Part shown: positions 14,349 to 27,106 of the stretch, piece by piece
Layout: each line of letters starts with the position of its first letter
Numbering within the stretch: the stretch's first letter is position 1
Made by a program: the position numbers and the translations under genes
NCBI RefSeq assembly: GCF_000143415.4
Contig: NW_003314380.1
Coordinates: 355,061-419,060, forward strand
DNA: 64,000 nt
Reading direction: 5' to 3'
DNA from: Selaginella moellendorffii
Taxonomy: Eukaryota > Plantae > Lycopodiophyta
Notes under the pieces: generated by a model
Database searches by the model: none
Seen by the model: only the letters and a program-made list of their open reading frames with translations
What the model was told of the DNA's origin: nothing

Positions 14349-16569
14349 CTACACTTCCCTGGCGCTGCTGTTTCTTCCACATATGCAACCAGGAAACGGG
14401 TTGGCAAAGAAATAGTCTTCGTGCTTTGGGACGGGACCGGGAACTCTTAGCGCTGGACCTCCAGTCCTCACTTCGTGTAGCATTTTCACTTGAGACGCAA
14501 ATTCATCCCAAGACATATTCCCAGCTCCATAGCTATCAATGAGCCGAATCAGCTTTCGCCTGGAGGAGAGTGGAACGAAAGTTAGAGAATGGGAGAAACT
14601 ATAAACGTGGCATGAAAAAGAACCTGTCCGGGCTGATTGTCTTCCGAAAGCCATCGTAGCGTCTGTGTCCCTGGAGCGCTTTGGCCATGTTTCCATCGTG
14701 CGTGAACACGAAGACATCGCTCTCAAGAGCCACTGCGTAATCCACAGCCGAGAGCCTGTTTTGGTACCTGGCGAGCGTTGAGAGCTCCTCATAGGTTGCC
14801 AACGTCGAATGCGAGTACACGCCTGGAAAGATCTTCTTCAGCGACGCCATGCTGCCGTTCCCATAAGTTTCCCCGGCGACAATGTAGATGGCCGTGGGCT
14901 CGGGATAGCCAAGAGCTTTGAGAAAAAGCCCAGTCTCGTAAGGGGTTAGAGGACAACCACCTTGCCTGCGTTTCTCCTCGCCGTCAATTTCCTTCTCTTT
15001 CCAATGCCGCACGTCGTATCTCATGCGCTTCAGTTCTCGTGCTTCCTCGGTGGACAAACCGTGTGTACATCCAGTAAAAGACAGCATATCTTTTTCGTAT
15101 CTGGAACGAGCAATTAGAGAAAGAAACACAAGCTCAAGTTTTCAGTACCTGAGATGCAGCGCAATGAACGGGCCTGTACTTTGCATTCTCTTGATCAGCG
15201 CGTCTGCCACTCTTTGCAAAGGTTCTGTGAACTTCAGTGCATGGTAATTCGCACGGCATCTCAGCCTCTGGATCTCGTCTGGAAGGTCGTTGTTGGCAAG
15301 CCTCGAGTCTGCATGCGTCAGGTGCAAAACCTTGTGCTCTTTGAGCAATGCCGTCATGTTGTTTCTATAGTATGATTCCTGGAACAGTACAAAGATAAAG
15401 CAACCATTGCACAAAGACAAAAACTTAAAGCTTACATTGGACCACGATACAGGAGCCTTGCGGAAAGGAACGACATCCCGGAGAGAGGGAGGCAGCGCTT
15501 CAACAATAGACACGTCTTTCTCTAACGCGTGGATGAAATAGTTTACATCAAATATGTCCTTGAAATCGCTGAGAAGAAACAGTAAGTTGAAACGACGAAC
15601 CGAACAGTTCAACGAACTGGAGCTACCTGGGATCATTCCAAAAGGATGTCTTGTCAAGGACAGGAACGACGAGGGTCGCATTCATAAGCCGAGCGACAGC
15701 AACCATGTCGCAAATCTACATCAAGCAGAAAAACCTCTGGCCTTCAACGATTTCTTTGAAAAATACAAGTCTCAGAAGCTTACCCCCGTTCGCATTTGAT
15801 TGAGTCCGCCATTGGCAGTCACTAAAAGGTAACCATTCGTCACTGCTCCTGGTCCTGCAAAAAAACATCCACCCATAAAGATGTAAGCTTCATCCGCTAA
15901 GACAGGAAAAAGCTCTAGGTACCTCTATGACGCCGGGAACGAGCAATGCATTGGCGGTATCTATCGCTGCGTGGCCTGGCCCATAGCTCGTCATAGTCCT
16001 GCTTCCACCCAAAACTAACTAAAACCTAAAGAGTCGAATTTACGAACCTCTTGCCGGCCTGCCCAGGAAGAAAGGAGTTTTTTCTGTGTGGGATCGACGA
16101 TCGCGAACTCCGACTCCGATACCGCTCGTAGCATCGCGCTGGAAGGACGATCCTGTGAAATTTGAGCGCTAAGAATCAGAGAAGTTCCAAGGAGGAGGCG
16201 AGAAATTCTCACCCGGAATCCAGCCTGCGTTGGAAGAGGCCGCCCGATCGAGACTAGTTTGAGCGTGACGAGAAAGATTGTCGCCAATGCAGATAGAAAG
16301 ACTCCCCAGTTCCGCGCTCCCTTCTTCGTGTGCAGCATTGCCCGGAAGAGGACGAACTCCACGAAATCTTGCAACGTGTGCCTGAATTGCTGGAATTTCT
16401 TCGCGTGCGCCGGCAGCGCGCCATGGACGACAGCGAACGGACCTTCCTTCTCGAATTTCCGGGAGCGCCTGTTGATCGGAGCCGAAATCACCTGCGGCGC
16501 AGGATCTTGATGAGCTGGGAGCACGTCGGGAGGATCGGGATTGGCGCCGCATCGCCAGTGGAAGCGCAT
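14349..16569 (-). CDS. O-fucosyltransferase family (GT106/DUF246) glycosyltransferase, multi-exon
   Basis: N-terminal TM segment ([15 protein letters not shown]), [63 protein letters not shown] and C-terminal ANPFPGCIC. Start uncertain (16569 or 16338). Confidence 0.9.
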
Positions 16570-17080
16570 CTTCGATCGATCGCCCCCCTACCAGAAACTC
16601 CTCATCTTCGCGAAGAGAAGAACAAGAAAGAGATAGGTTTTTGGAAGATTCGCGAGAATGCAAAGAGGAGCATGGCCGCGCAGCAAAGAAGAAGGGAAGA
16701 AGGCCATGAGAGGTTTGTTACTCAACCGTTGGATTGCGGGAAGTGACGGCCTCAACGCGATCACGTAAGGCCCGTCCACGTGGCCAAATGCTGGCGCTGT
16801 GATTGTTCCCTGTGGCGTACGGAGGCATCATAGTCGTTTACCGATGTTTCACGTTGTTGAGCTGGCGAGCCCAGGAGCGTTGGATCAAGCCTCGCGTGGG
16901 AAATCTTTACCTTCAGCGCATACAGGATCTTGGCCTGAATGGAACCTGTATCGACGGTTGGCGTTAGGTTAAAATATTCGGTTAAGACATTTTCACTCTC
17001 GCTAGAACCCTAACAACAGGGTATAAGCCCTAAAGTGGGGGGCAGATGATCTTGTGTGGATTGTTCCGGCGCAGCAGCAA

Positions 17081-20000
17081 ATGCGGGAGTCATTGCTCTG
17101 GATTCTGGTGTGGATCGCTCTGGCTCATCGAGCACAGGGATCAAATGCGGTGGTGGATTATCTAGATCGGGTCGATGACGCGACGAAGCAAAGATTTTCC
17201 GAGGACTGGAAGAGGCTCATCGAGATTGTGGCGCCAGGGAGCTGCCTGGGTAATGTTTCGACGGGAGTAGCAGATGGCAGCTGTGGAACATCGATTCGGA
17301 TAGGTCGGAGGCCGACACAGGAAGACACGCTGATTTGTTTTCCTGGAATTGATCTTCCTCCTCTATCAGGTCAGTATTGCGTGAATTTCCCTCCATTTTT
17401 TCTCTGGCTCATCTCGGTTGACAGGGAAAAAGTTTTCGTTTTCTTTGCTTGGAGTTTTTGATGGCCACGGTAGTAAAACAGCCAGTTCGATTTGCGCACA
17501 CTGCCTCCATAAGTATTTCCTACATCACGTGTACAAGATATCTACAGCGACATTGGAATCGCCAAGGAATGACAACTTTCCTGACGCTAAATCTTCTATT
17601 TCGGATGAAGAGCTGGAAGGAATTTTCTGGAGAAAGATTATGAAGGAAGCACTCGCAGCGGCTTTGGTCGACATTGAAGAAGCTTTTATTAAGGTCTGAA
17701 GCTAATGATCTAGATCCTAGATGGTTTTCATGCCAAGATTTACAGAGAGCCATTGACGGTGAAGCGATGGGAGGCACGACTGCTTGTGTAGCCATTGTAA
17801 TTGACGATCATGTTCTCGTAGCGAATATTGGCGACTCCAAAGCTTTAATTTGTTCTCTATCTGATGAAGGTAAGTTAATGTGTTGCATGTTACTCGTGAG
17901 TACTGAACTGCCGCCTGCAGAATCTGGCGTTCTAAATGCGGAGGAGCTTACGTTAGATCATCATCCCAACCGAAGAGACGAGAAGCTGAGAATTGAGTCC
18001 TTTGGTGGTTATGTCGAACACTCCCGAAGCATTCCCCGTGTCGCTGGAATTTTAGCTGTTTCACGGTCTATTGGAGACTTGGCGCTTAAGAAGTAAGTTA
18101 TACTTCTCGTCATATACTTGTCTCTTTGCATTTTCATTTTGTTTTACGTTTAGGTACGGTGTAATCTCAGAACCCGAATTTACTGGCTGGAAAAAGATTG
18201 GTGACAAGAACAAATATCTAGTTCTTGCATCCGATGGGATTTTTGAGACTATGAGTTCCCAGGATGTTTGCGCGGTCTTAAAAAGTATTGAGGTCGGAAA
18301 GGACGTTTCTCGAACTCTAAAGAACAGGTTTTTATCTGCGAAAGTTGCGATTCCCTTGCCGCCACCAAAAGAAATGACTTCTCCACCTGAGTCGAATTTG
18401 TGCCGCGACTTCCTGCATACCTGTTTACCGGGGCGATCAGATTTGGAGAACGAGATAACCTCTGGCAGATATCAGCTTAATGTTATGGCCGACGGAATCG
18501 TCGACAGTGCTTTTAAACTGGGAAGTACAGACAATCTTGCAACCGTTGTCTATGCCCTTGGCGATATTCCGAATATTGAAAAGAGCGAGAACGATCACGA
18601 TACTACTATGGATGACAATGCGACATCAGGTTCTAGCACCTTTTTTTTTCCCTTAATGTTTTTCCTCATGTTTTTTGTCTACAGGCTGTAATTACTTTCC
18701 TGAGAGTGTTACTAAGACACCAGGATCTCTTGTAACTGGTGTCATTGTAAGTTTTCATTTTATCTTGAGTATCACGCATGTTCTCTTTTAGGTTCGTCGT
18801 GAAGGCGCTCGTTTTTGCTATTCACTCACAGAACCTCTACATAGAGAAGTGATTTCTCATTTTCAGTATGAAGGTCGTTCGAAGAAAGCAGACAAGCTAT
18901 GTCCTTCTAAGTTTAGTTTCGTACTCCCAGGTAAATACGGGTTTGGATTACAAATAATAAAATGCTGTTTTTCTCAGACACGAGGGAAACCGTTCCTGCA
19001 AATGTCGAGCACAATCCCGCACCATGCCAACTTATAGACCTTATTGCTGCAGTTCCCACTGATTTTGAGAGCTTCGCAAGCTTAAATGTCTCTACATCAA
19101 AAGTCTTTGAAGCTCCCCCTTCTTTTATGCTTCATCATTATAGGTAAGAACAATCCTATTCACAACATACTCACAATGTTAACACTGCAGGTACATTCTT
19201 AAAAAGAAGTTTGCGCGGGGTTCTTTCGGGCAAATATGGTTGGCTGTCCGAAAGGAATGCAAAACTGAAGAGCTTGGAACGGGGTTTTGCGAATGGCGTT
19301 TGCACGAGGATAATTTTGAGTCAAATGCAGACGGTCTTGAGGACGATGTTTTCGTCTTGAAGCAAATTCTGGTAGATTCTTCTTTAAGCATGTGCTTACT
19401 GTCTCTAACTATTTGAAGAATGCTGCAGCTCAATGGACGGCCGGAAATTCGATTGAGTGGTTTGAGAGAGAGGCACTTCGGAGAGATTTTCTTAAACGCG
19501 TCCAGAAGTCGGCTAAGTACCGAGGAAGGACTCAACCATGTAGCGCGTTTCCTGGACTCGTTTGTGGTGCAAGGCAATCTCTGGCTAGTGTTTAAGAAAG
19601 AAGGGCGATCTTTATCTCGGCTGCTTTACGAATCGGAACGAGCACCAGGAAGTAATGGCTCTGAAAGCAAAGACAAAAGACTGTTTGAAGTCGTTCGACC
19701 ATCGGCATGGTGGCGGTGGCTGAAAACTACAAAGAAAGGTCAACGGGAAATGCGCAACTTACTCCGTCAGTTGGTACGTTCCTTGGTTGATTTAGTGTTT
19801 GAATCATTGCAAACTGAAATTGTATCTTTTCAGCTATTAGCCGTCAAAGCATGCCACGATCGTAATATTACACATCGAGACTTAAAACCAGGTATAACAT
19901 ATGTGTTACAGCTATTTCCTCGCTTACCTCTACGTCTCAGAAAACATGGTCGTCCAAGAACCTGTGGATAGTACGAATAAAAGTATCAAATGGCCTGCGA

Positions 20001-20939
20001 ATCTCAGTTTGTAAGTTCAAACGAAGGAGCATCGAGGTACTAATACATATATTTCAGACGCTTAATTGATTTCGGGAGTGCTATAAATCCATTTACGCTA
20101 CAGCATTTGTATGGATCTGCGGGACCAAGCAGGTAAATTTCTTTGTTTGAGTATGCTTCTAATAATCAAGACTCAGAAATGAGCACACGCCGGAGTACGC
20201 TCCTCCAGAAGCTCTACTTTTTGACCACTGGATGCATTTCCATCCAAATCAAACCAAAGCGTAAGTGAGTTATGTTTTAGCAAATGGTCTTTACTTTGTT
20301 GGTGTAGGCATGACATCTGGAGTGTAGGGGTAATAATGCTGGAAATCGTTCTAGGCACTCCCCATGTATTTCAAATAAGCGCTCGAACACGAGTTCTTCT
20401 CGACAGAAGTTTGGGAGGCTGGGACGAAGAGTCGAAAAACGTTGCTTACATGTCAGTACGTTGTCTGTTTTCTGCCAAACGTGATGTTACAAGAATTTCT
20501 TCAGGTTACGAGCTTTCATGGAGATGTGCATTTTCTTGCCTCGTGTTCCTCCTCGGCATCATCGAAATGAAACTGTGAACCACCAGGTCCGATAGTTATC
20601 TGATCTCAAACTTTGTGGATACATATTTACTTGTTCAGGAAGAAAGTCAGCTTGCTTCAATGGACTGTAGTGAAGCTGCCCTGCAGAGAAAGATCCAGCA
20701 ACGAGATCCACTAGGATTGGGGTTTGTCTGAGCCATGTACGTGTTTAAGGCATTAACTTTCTGTTGCAGCATGCCAGACATATGGTCATTTCGGCTTCTA
20801 CGTCAACTTCTTCAATGGTATCCGGTGAGCTTTAAAACGCTTTTCTATACGTTTCCTGACTTAACATTTTCAGGAGGATCGTGTTTCAGTGGACGAAGCT
20901 TTAAGTCATCCATATTTCCATCGTAATTTGCAACGTTAG
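17081..20939 (+). CDS. Protein phosphatase 2C fused to a C-terminal Ser/Thr protein kinase domain, with an N-terminal signal-peptide-like segment
   Basis: PP2C motifs RRPTQED, DGHG, NIGDS, SRSIGD, LASDG and GSTDN. Kinase motifs ARGSFGQIW, VLKQ, HRDLKPEN, LIDFGS, PEYAPPE and EALSHPYF. Exons joined by short introns. Confidence 0.85.
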
Positions 20940-21059
20940 AACGATATGACTTTGACTACCCGAGACGGTAAGACAAAAAATACTCTTTTCTTTCTCTTTT
21001 TTCACGAAGAACAGTTCGGCGGTTATTGCAGTTAACCAAGACTAGATTCAGAGGACGAA

Positions 21060-22904
21060 ATGAGTTTCCTGGCTAGCTGTGAGTAAATGTTTTGCGAAAT
21101 TCTCAATTGTGCTTGCTTTAAACTTGTTGCAGCTTTATACAGAGTCAAGGTTCCCTGTTGTTGCAGCTTTCTGCTTCTTATTCTTTTGCTGAGCGCGATA
21201 TTAGCGTAAACTCTCTTATTTCTTTAGCTGACAAGCACCTTGTCCTTTTCCAGTGCGCGTAGCGCCGCAACGCCACCTCGCGGCTGGAATTCTTATGATT
21301 CGTTTTCTTTTACTATTTCTGAGGAACAATTTTTGGAAAATGCGAAAATTGTATCAGAAACTCTTAAGCCGCATGGATATGAGGTAACGGCTACTTGTTT
21401 TTCGCCTGTCAAGCTCACAGTCAGATATGATGCAGTACGTCGTAATAGATTACCTGTGGTATCGTAAGCTAAAACATGGATGGTTTAAAACTTCTGCAAA
21501 GTCGCCCGGTTATGATCTCATTGATAAGTGGGGACGACCGCTTCCGGATCCAAAACGATGGCCTTCCACGACCGGTGGAAAAGGATTTGCACCTATTGCC
21601 GCTAAAGTTCATGCACTGGGTCTTAAGCTCGGTATTCACGTCATGAGAGGAATCAGCACGACAGCAGTAAAGAAGAAAACTCCGATCTTGGGCGCATTCA
21701 AGAGCAATGGACATGCATGGAACGCTAAAGATATTGCTTTGATGGATCAAGCCTGCCCGTGGATGCAACAATGCTTTGTTGGGGTCAATACCAGCAGTGA
21801 AGGTGGAAAGCTTTTCATTCAATCTCTTTACGATCAATATGCTTCTTGGGGGATAGACTTCATCAAACATGACTGCGTTTTCGGGGCAGAGAATCCCCAG
21901 CTCGACGAGATACTCACAGTTTCAAAAGCTATTCGTAACTCAGGACGTCCGATGATATATTCTTTGTCCCCGGGAGATGGAGCAACACCCGGGTTGGCTG
22001 CAAGGGTGGCGCAACTTGTAAACATGTATCGAGTTACTGGGGACGACTGGGACGACTGGAAGTATCTCGTGAAGCATTTTGATGTAGCAAGGTACCAAGA
22101 ATTGCATTCTTTGTATTCTGTTAACTTGCACTGTTTCAGAGACTTCGCAAATGCGGGACTCATTGCCATTCCTAGCGTGGTTGGAGGCAAGTCTTGGGTA
22201 GACTTAGATATGCTACCATTTGGACGTCTTACGGATCCTGGTAAACTAGTTTTTTGTTTTGTTCTTTTGATGAAGTCAGGGTTTTCTCGTTCCAGCTGCT
22301 GCTTATGGTCCGTATCGAAATTCTAGACTGTCTTTGGAGGAGAAGAAAACACAGGTTCAGTTAAGTGTACATTGTAATGCACATCACTCACATTTTTTCT
22401 TGGTAGATGACGCTCTGGGCAGTGGCAAAGTCTCCTCTCATGTTTGGAGGTGATTTACGACGTTTGGACAATGAAACATTGAGCTTGCTTACAAATCCGA
22501 CGGTTTTGGAAGTAAACTCTCACAGTACGGGCAACAGAAACGCTCAAGGGAATGACGCAGAACGAGTGTGGGTCGCTCATGGGCGAGGCAATGGACAAAT
22601 CTATATCGCCTTTTTCAACTTATCGCGGAAGAAGCGAACGGTCACGTTGCCTCTGGTACACCTCATACAACGAAGGACCCCGAAAAACGAGACGGACGAG
22701 TACGTAGCTTGCGCTGGAAATGAAGCTTGGAGCCAGAAACCAGTGGCAGTGATCAACGTTTTAGCCGAAGAAGTTGCTGGACATGGCACTGTACTGTTTT
22801 CCCTTTTATGCAACGTTGGAAGCCGTGAAGAGGTATGGTTCGCTAGTGTTTATAACATTTTCAGCCATCTCTCTCCGTTACTTTTGCAGGGAAGTAGCAT
22901 CTAA
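21060..22904 (+). CDS. Glycoside hydrolase family 27 (alpha-galactosidase/melibiase-like)
   Basis: TPPRGWNSYDSF, YVVIDYLWY, GIDFIKHDC (nucleophile region), MYRVTGDDWD, WVDLDMLPFG, KSPLMFGGDLR. Confidence 0.9.
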
Positions 22905-22994
22905 ATCGCTTGGGAGATATGATGAAGTTACCAGAGGCGATTACATGGCGGTGAGTCCACCAGGATCACAAAATGAAGATAACAAGTTTTCTTA

Positions 22995-25394
22995 TCAGGA
23001 TGGAGCCAAGTTTGATAGAAGAATGTAGGCAGCGGAGTTGAGCTGGTCACAATCTACAGCATTCTCGGCTGCTTCTGCGGCGTGACTATAGTTGGACTGG
23101 ACATTTGATGCACTGAGGAGCGTGGTCCACGAGATGCTATTCGATTCAAACGGCATTTCTCGAGCGACAGTGCTAGCGTCGTCGAGCCTCCCGAGCCGGC
23201 CGAGAAGATCGACAATGCAGTGGTAGTGCTCCACGACAGGCTTCATGGAGTAGTCAGACGTGATAGTGGTGAAGTAGTAACGGGCTTCGTCAAAGAGACC
23301 AGCGTGGCTACAAGCCGAGAGAATGACAACGAAGGCAATCTCATCGGGCAGCTTACCATCGAGCGCCATGAGCTGAAACGCCTCCAGCGCGACTTTGCCG
23401 TCACCACTCCGGGCATAGGCCGCAACCAAGTTACTCCACACGACCACGTCCGGGTTTACGAGCTTGTTAAACAGCTTTCGAGCTTCACTCAGCTCTCCAC
23501 AGCTCGCAAAGACGGTGACAAGGTTCGCGACGAGTAGATTATCGGCCTCGCCGTGTCCGGCTTCTTCGAAACAGGAGAACATCTCTCTCGCTTGTGCTGG
23601 AGCTCCGGCGATCGAGCAGGCCTCCATAGCCGCAGTGGTGGCAACCACGTCGGGAAGAACACCATCTTGGTCCATGAGTTTGAAGGCTCTCACTCCATCC
23701 AAGGCTCGGCCGCTACTCTTGGCATAAGCAGTGATCAAGCACGTCCACGACACAACATCTCGATCTTCCATGGCTCGAAACAGTGGCTCCGCCTTGTCGA
23801 TCTTGCCGCTGGTGGCGCAAGCTTGGAGCATGGAATTAAACGACACGAGACTTCTCTCCGGCATTCTCTCAAACACCATCTCGGCATTCGCAAAATCGTT
23901 GTGCTGTGAGTAAGCCGAGAGGAGGATGTTCCATGACGCTATGTCTTTGTCTGGGTGTTTCTCAAATACAGCTCGAGCTTCGTGCAAATCCCCGGCTTTG
24001 GCATTTGCGTAAAGTAGCGCGTTCCAGGCCACAATGTTGTGCTCGGGCATTCTCTCAAACAAGTAAACCACCTGAGTTACATCTTTTTGCTGACTACACG
24101 TAACGATTATAGTTGACCATGAGACGAGGTCTTTGACCGGCATGGAGTCAAAGATCTTCCTAGACTCCGCCAACTTTCCTTGGCGAGCATATCCCTCAAT
24201 CATCACATTCCACGAGAATAAATCTCTTTCGGGCATAGAATGAAACAGATATTCCATCTCTTCAAACTCGCCAACTTGAGCGGACGCGTGCATCAACACG
24301 TTCGATGCAACCAGATTCCTTTGCGGGATATCGTCAAAGATTCCCTTGGCCGCCTTTAGATTCCGTGCCTGAGCATATCCCATGAGAATGCAAGTCCAAG
24401 ATACCACATTGGGCTCCGGAATCCTTCCAAAGATGCTTCTTGCCTGGTCAAAATCTGCAACTTTCACATACCCATACAGCATGGAATTCCAGGACACAGC
24501 ATCTCTCTCAGGCATCTTATCAAAGAGAACCTTGGCATCTTCTACAAGCCCATCCTGCGAATATGCTGAGATCATTGTGTTCCAAGTGACATGGTTCCGG
24601 ATAGGTGCTTGGTCAAAGAGCAATCTAGCCTTCGGTATCAAACCATTGTGAGAATATGCTCTTATCATGACATTCCAAGAGACAACATTTCTCTCTGGCA
24701 TTCTCTCAAAGAGATCCTCGGCATTGCGAACATCCCCATTTTGGGCATATGCGGTCAGCAGAGTAGTCCACGAAATAACATCGCGGATTTTCATTTTTTC
24801 CAGCATATCTTTTGCTTTATCGACTAAACCGAGCTTTACATAAGCTTGAAGCATTGCATTGCAGGATACCACACTCGGTTTTGGAATCTTTTCAAACGTT
24901 AGCTCAGCTTTCCGCACATTCCCGATCAGGGAATATGCCGTCACCATTGTAGTCAGCGACACATCGTTCTTGTCCACCATCTTTTCAAACAGTTCTTCAG
25001 CTTGCTTGAATTTACCCGTAGAGACATAGCAACTTAGCATTATATTACAAGAAACTACATTTGCTTGCGGCATCACCGCAAACAAAGCCTCGGCATCTGC
25101 TAGATTCCCTCTGTGGGCATATGCCGAAACCATAATATTCCACGTGAACGTGTTCCTGTCTCCCATGCCATTGAATATCCTGCGTGCGTCCTCGAGGCTT
25201 CCAAACCTCCCGTACATTTCAAGCAAGAGATTCCAGGAATATGTGCTGAGCTCCCAGTGATTCTCGGTAATCTTTTGGTGAAGTCTCGTACAAGCTGGAA
25301 AGTCCTTGGAACTCACACACTGTTTTAGTTTCGAGCAGACATCTCTGCTGGTTTCGTTCTCTAGCAATCTAGATGTAGCCCTGATTGATTTCAT
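22995..25394 (-). CDS. PLS-class pentatricopeptide repeat protein with partial E domain, intronless, dominated by 31-aa S motifs
   Basis: 799-aa ORF with many xVVSWNxMLxAYxQxG...LFxxMPER repeats, ILSACSHAGL, EHYHCIVDLLGRLG and AAYILLSNL; no DYW domain. Confidence 0.93.
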   Translation of the reverse strand: MKSIRATSRLLENETSRDVCSKLKQCVSSKDFPACTRLHQKITENHWELSTYSWNLLLEMYGRFGSLEDARRIFNGMGDRNTFTWNIMVSAYAHRGNLADAEALFAVMPQANVVSCNIMLSCYVSTGKFKQAEELFEKMVDKNDVSLTTMVTAYSLIGNVRKAELTFEKIPKPSVVSCNAMLQAYVKLGLVDKAKDMLEKMKIRDVISWTTLLTAYAQNGDVRNAEDLFERMPERNVVSWNVMIRAYSHNGLIPKARLLFDQAPIRNHVTWNTMISAYSQDGLVEDAKVLFDKMPERDAVSWNSMLYGYVKVADFDQARSIFGRIPEPNVVSWTCILMGYAQARNLKAAKGIFDDIPQRNLVASNVLMHASAQVGEFEEMEYLFHSMPERDLFSWNVMIEGYARQGKLAESRKIFDSMPVKDLVSWSTIIVTCSQQKDVTQVVYLFERMPEHNIVAWNALLYANAKAGDLHEARAVFEKHPDKDIASWNILLSAYSQHNDFANAEMVFERMPERSLVSFNSMLQACATSGKIDKAEPLFRAMEDRDVVSWTCLITAYAKSSGRALDGVRAFKLMDQDGVLPDVVATTAAMEACSIAGAPAQAREMFSCFEEAGHGEADNLLVANLVTVFASCGELSEARKLFNKLVNPDVVVWSNLVAAYARSGDGKVALEAFQLMALDGKLPDEIAFVVILSACSHAGLFDEARYYFTTITSDYSMKPVVEHYHCIVDLLGRLGRLDDASTVAREMPFESNSISWTTLLSASNVQSNYSHAAEAAENAVDCDQLNSAAYILLSNLAPS

Positions 25395-25549
25395 GTGTCA
25401 ATCTTCTCTATACGGCATCTGGATCCATCAAACACAAACAAAAACCCAATTGCCCATACTGGGGATATGCTTACAAGGTATATGCGGTGGATATCCCAGA
25501 ATTTTAGGGTTTTCGGTAGCTTAGCGCTACATTCTTGGATCCCGCGGTC

Positions 25550-27106
25550 ATGGATTGCGGGGCGAGAAATTTGAGCCGCTGCGTCGATGATGCGTCCTGC
25601 CCGATCCGCTGCGATGGATGCGGCGTCGTCTGGTACTGCTCGCGATTCCACCAGGTTTCAAGAATCGCGGCAATCGATTGGGTCATGTAGTAGTTCTGTT
25701 GTTCTTTCGAGCAGAGCAGGCATTGGAGCGAACACAAGCTTGTCTGCAAGCGCCTTGCGCAGCAAGCGCGGAAGGCGTCCTCTCTCAGCGAATTTCCCTT
25801 TTCTTTCGAGGTATGGCTTTCAGCTAGAGTTGGACTGCTGGATTTTTCTCTCGCAGCTGGAGAGCTCGATGTGTGGATTTCTTGACAAGAGAGGACTCCA
25901 CGGGAAAGGGCTGTGGAAGAACGAGTGCTCTTGTCTAGCAGGAGCAAGTTCTCGCAGGGACTCGTCCTGGCACCTTCCCAGCAACGCTTGTCCATGCAAA
26001 GGCAATGTAGTGTCCTCTCGCGAGTTCTCTAGTCTTTTTCTAACTTAGCGTGTGCTCAGGTCCCAGGAACGCTCCAGCGGCACCACTGGAGAGCTGGAAG
26101 CAGTACTACGAGTGGCGTGACTTACCTTTGCATTCACCGGCGGCCATTCTTCTTCACTCGGTAAGTTCCATAGCCCAGAACTCATTCGACTAAATCATTA
26201 CCGTGGCAGCCACTTACACTCTACTATGCGATCAACCAAGCAACTTTTGATCCGAGAGAAAAGCTGACGATCCATTACCTAGGTACTTGTTTCTCAAGCA
26301 CGCCATGTCTCGTGTTCAATTCATCTTTCAGGCCCAGAGCGGGAGCTTGAACAGCTCGAGGTATTCACTGAGCTTCTCGCGCTTCTTCCTGGCACTCAAA
26401 TCCACATAGACTTTGTTGGACCTGCTGTTCCTTCCTCAAGGTATGTTCTTTGTTTCTCTTTTCTTTTCATAAGAAACCCGCGCCTTGTTTCCAGTCATGG
26501 AAGCACTTTGGAGCTGTCTTCATATCCAAAGTGCCTCGATGCTAGCTGCGAGTGCAAACTTGAAACGAATCACACGATAACTCCTACCGTATCCGTATCT
26601 TTGTGGAAGGGATTGTATCACGACGTTCATCACCAGGTGCTCCACAAGCCCTTCCACTGTGAGGGCACTTCGTCCTGACTTTGTTCCAGATTTCTCGTGC
26701 GGATTTTGTAGTGGCTTTCAACGCCGGCATTGCGGCATACATCACTTGGAGACCCACGATTGTAAGCCGCCTCCATATACTCTACTTTAACACCGTGTCC
26801 AAACTCTTGCCAGGAATTGCTCCTTACAATGGAAGTCCCCGTTTTCGTCACCGACTTTTGTGAGGAAGCTTGTGTGCTCGCTGTCGAGTGCATCGATTCC
26901 TTGGAGCCAAACCACGTCACTTTTCCAGTGAGCATCTTTTCATAGAAAAATCGGTGGTGTGATCCCGGTCCTTGTTGCCTTCTCAGATAACGGAGAATCC
27001 GTTCAGGCAGCCGGCTGGTCTATGGAACACAGGCATCGACCTGCCAATGCACGCGAATTGCTTCATCTTTGGTCTCGGCGTTGCACTAGAAGGACTTGTT
27101 TCTTGA
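25550..27106 (+). CDS. MYND-type zinc finger / MSS51-like (ZMYND15-like) protein, multi-exon
   Basis: Exon 1 MDCGAR...RCDGCGVVWYCSRFHQ, then HWSEHKLVCKRL, SWKQYYEWRDLPLHSPAAILLH, IHYLGPEREL, VAFNAGIAAY, VTDFCEEA and ENPFRQP. Confidence 0.82.
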
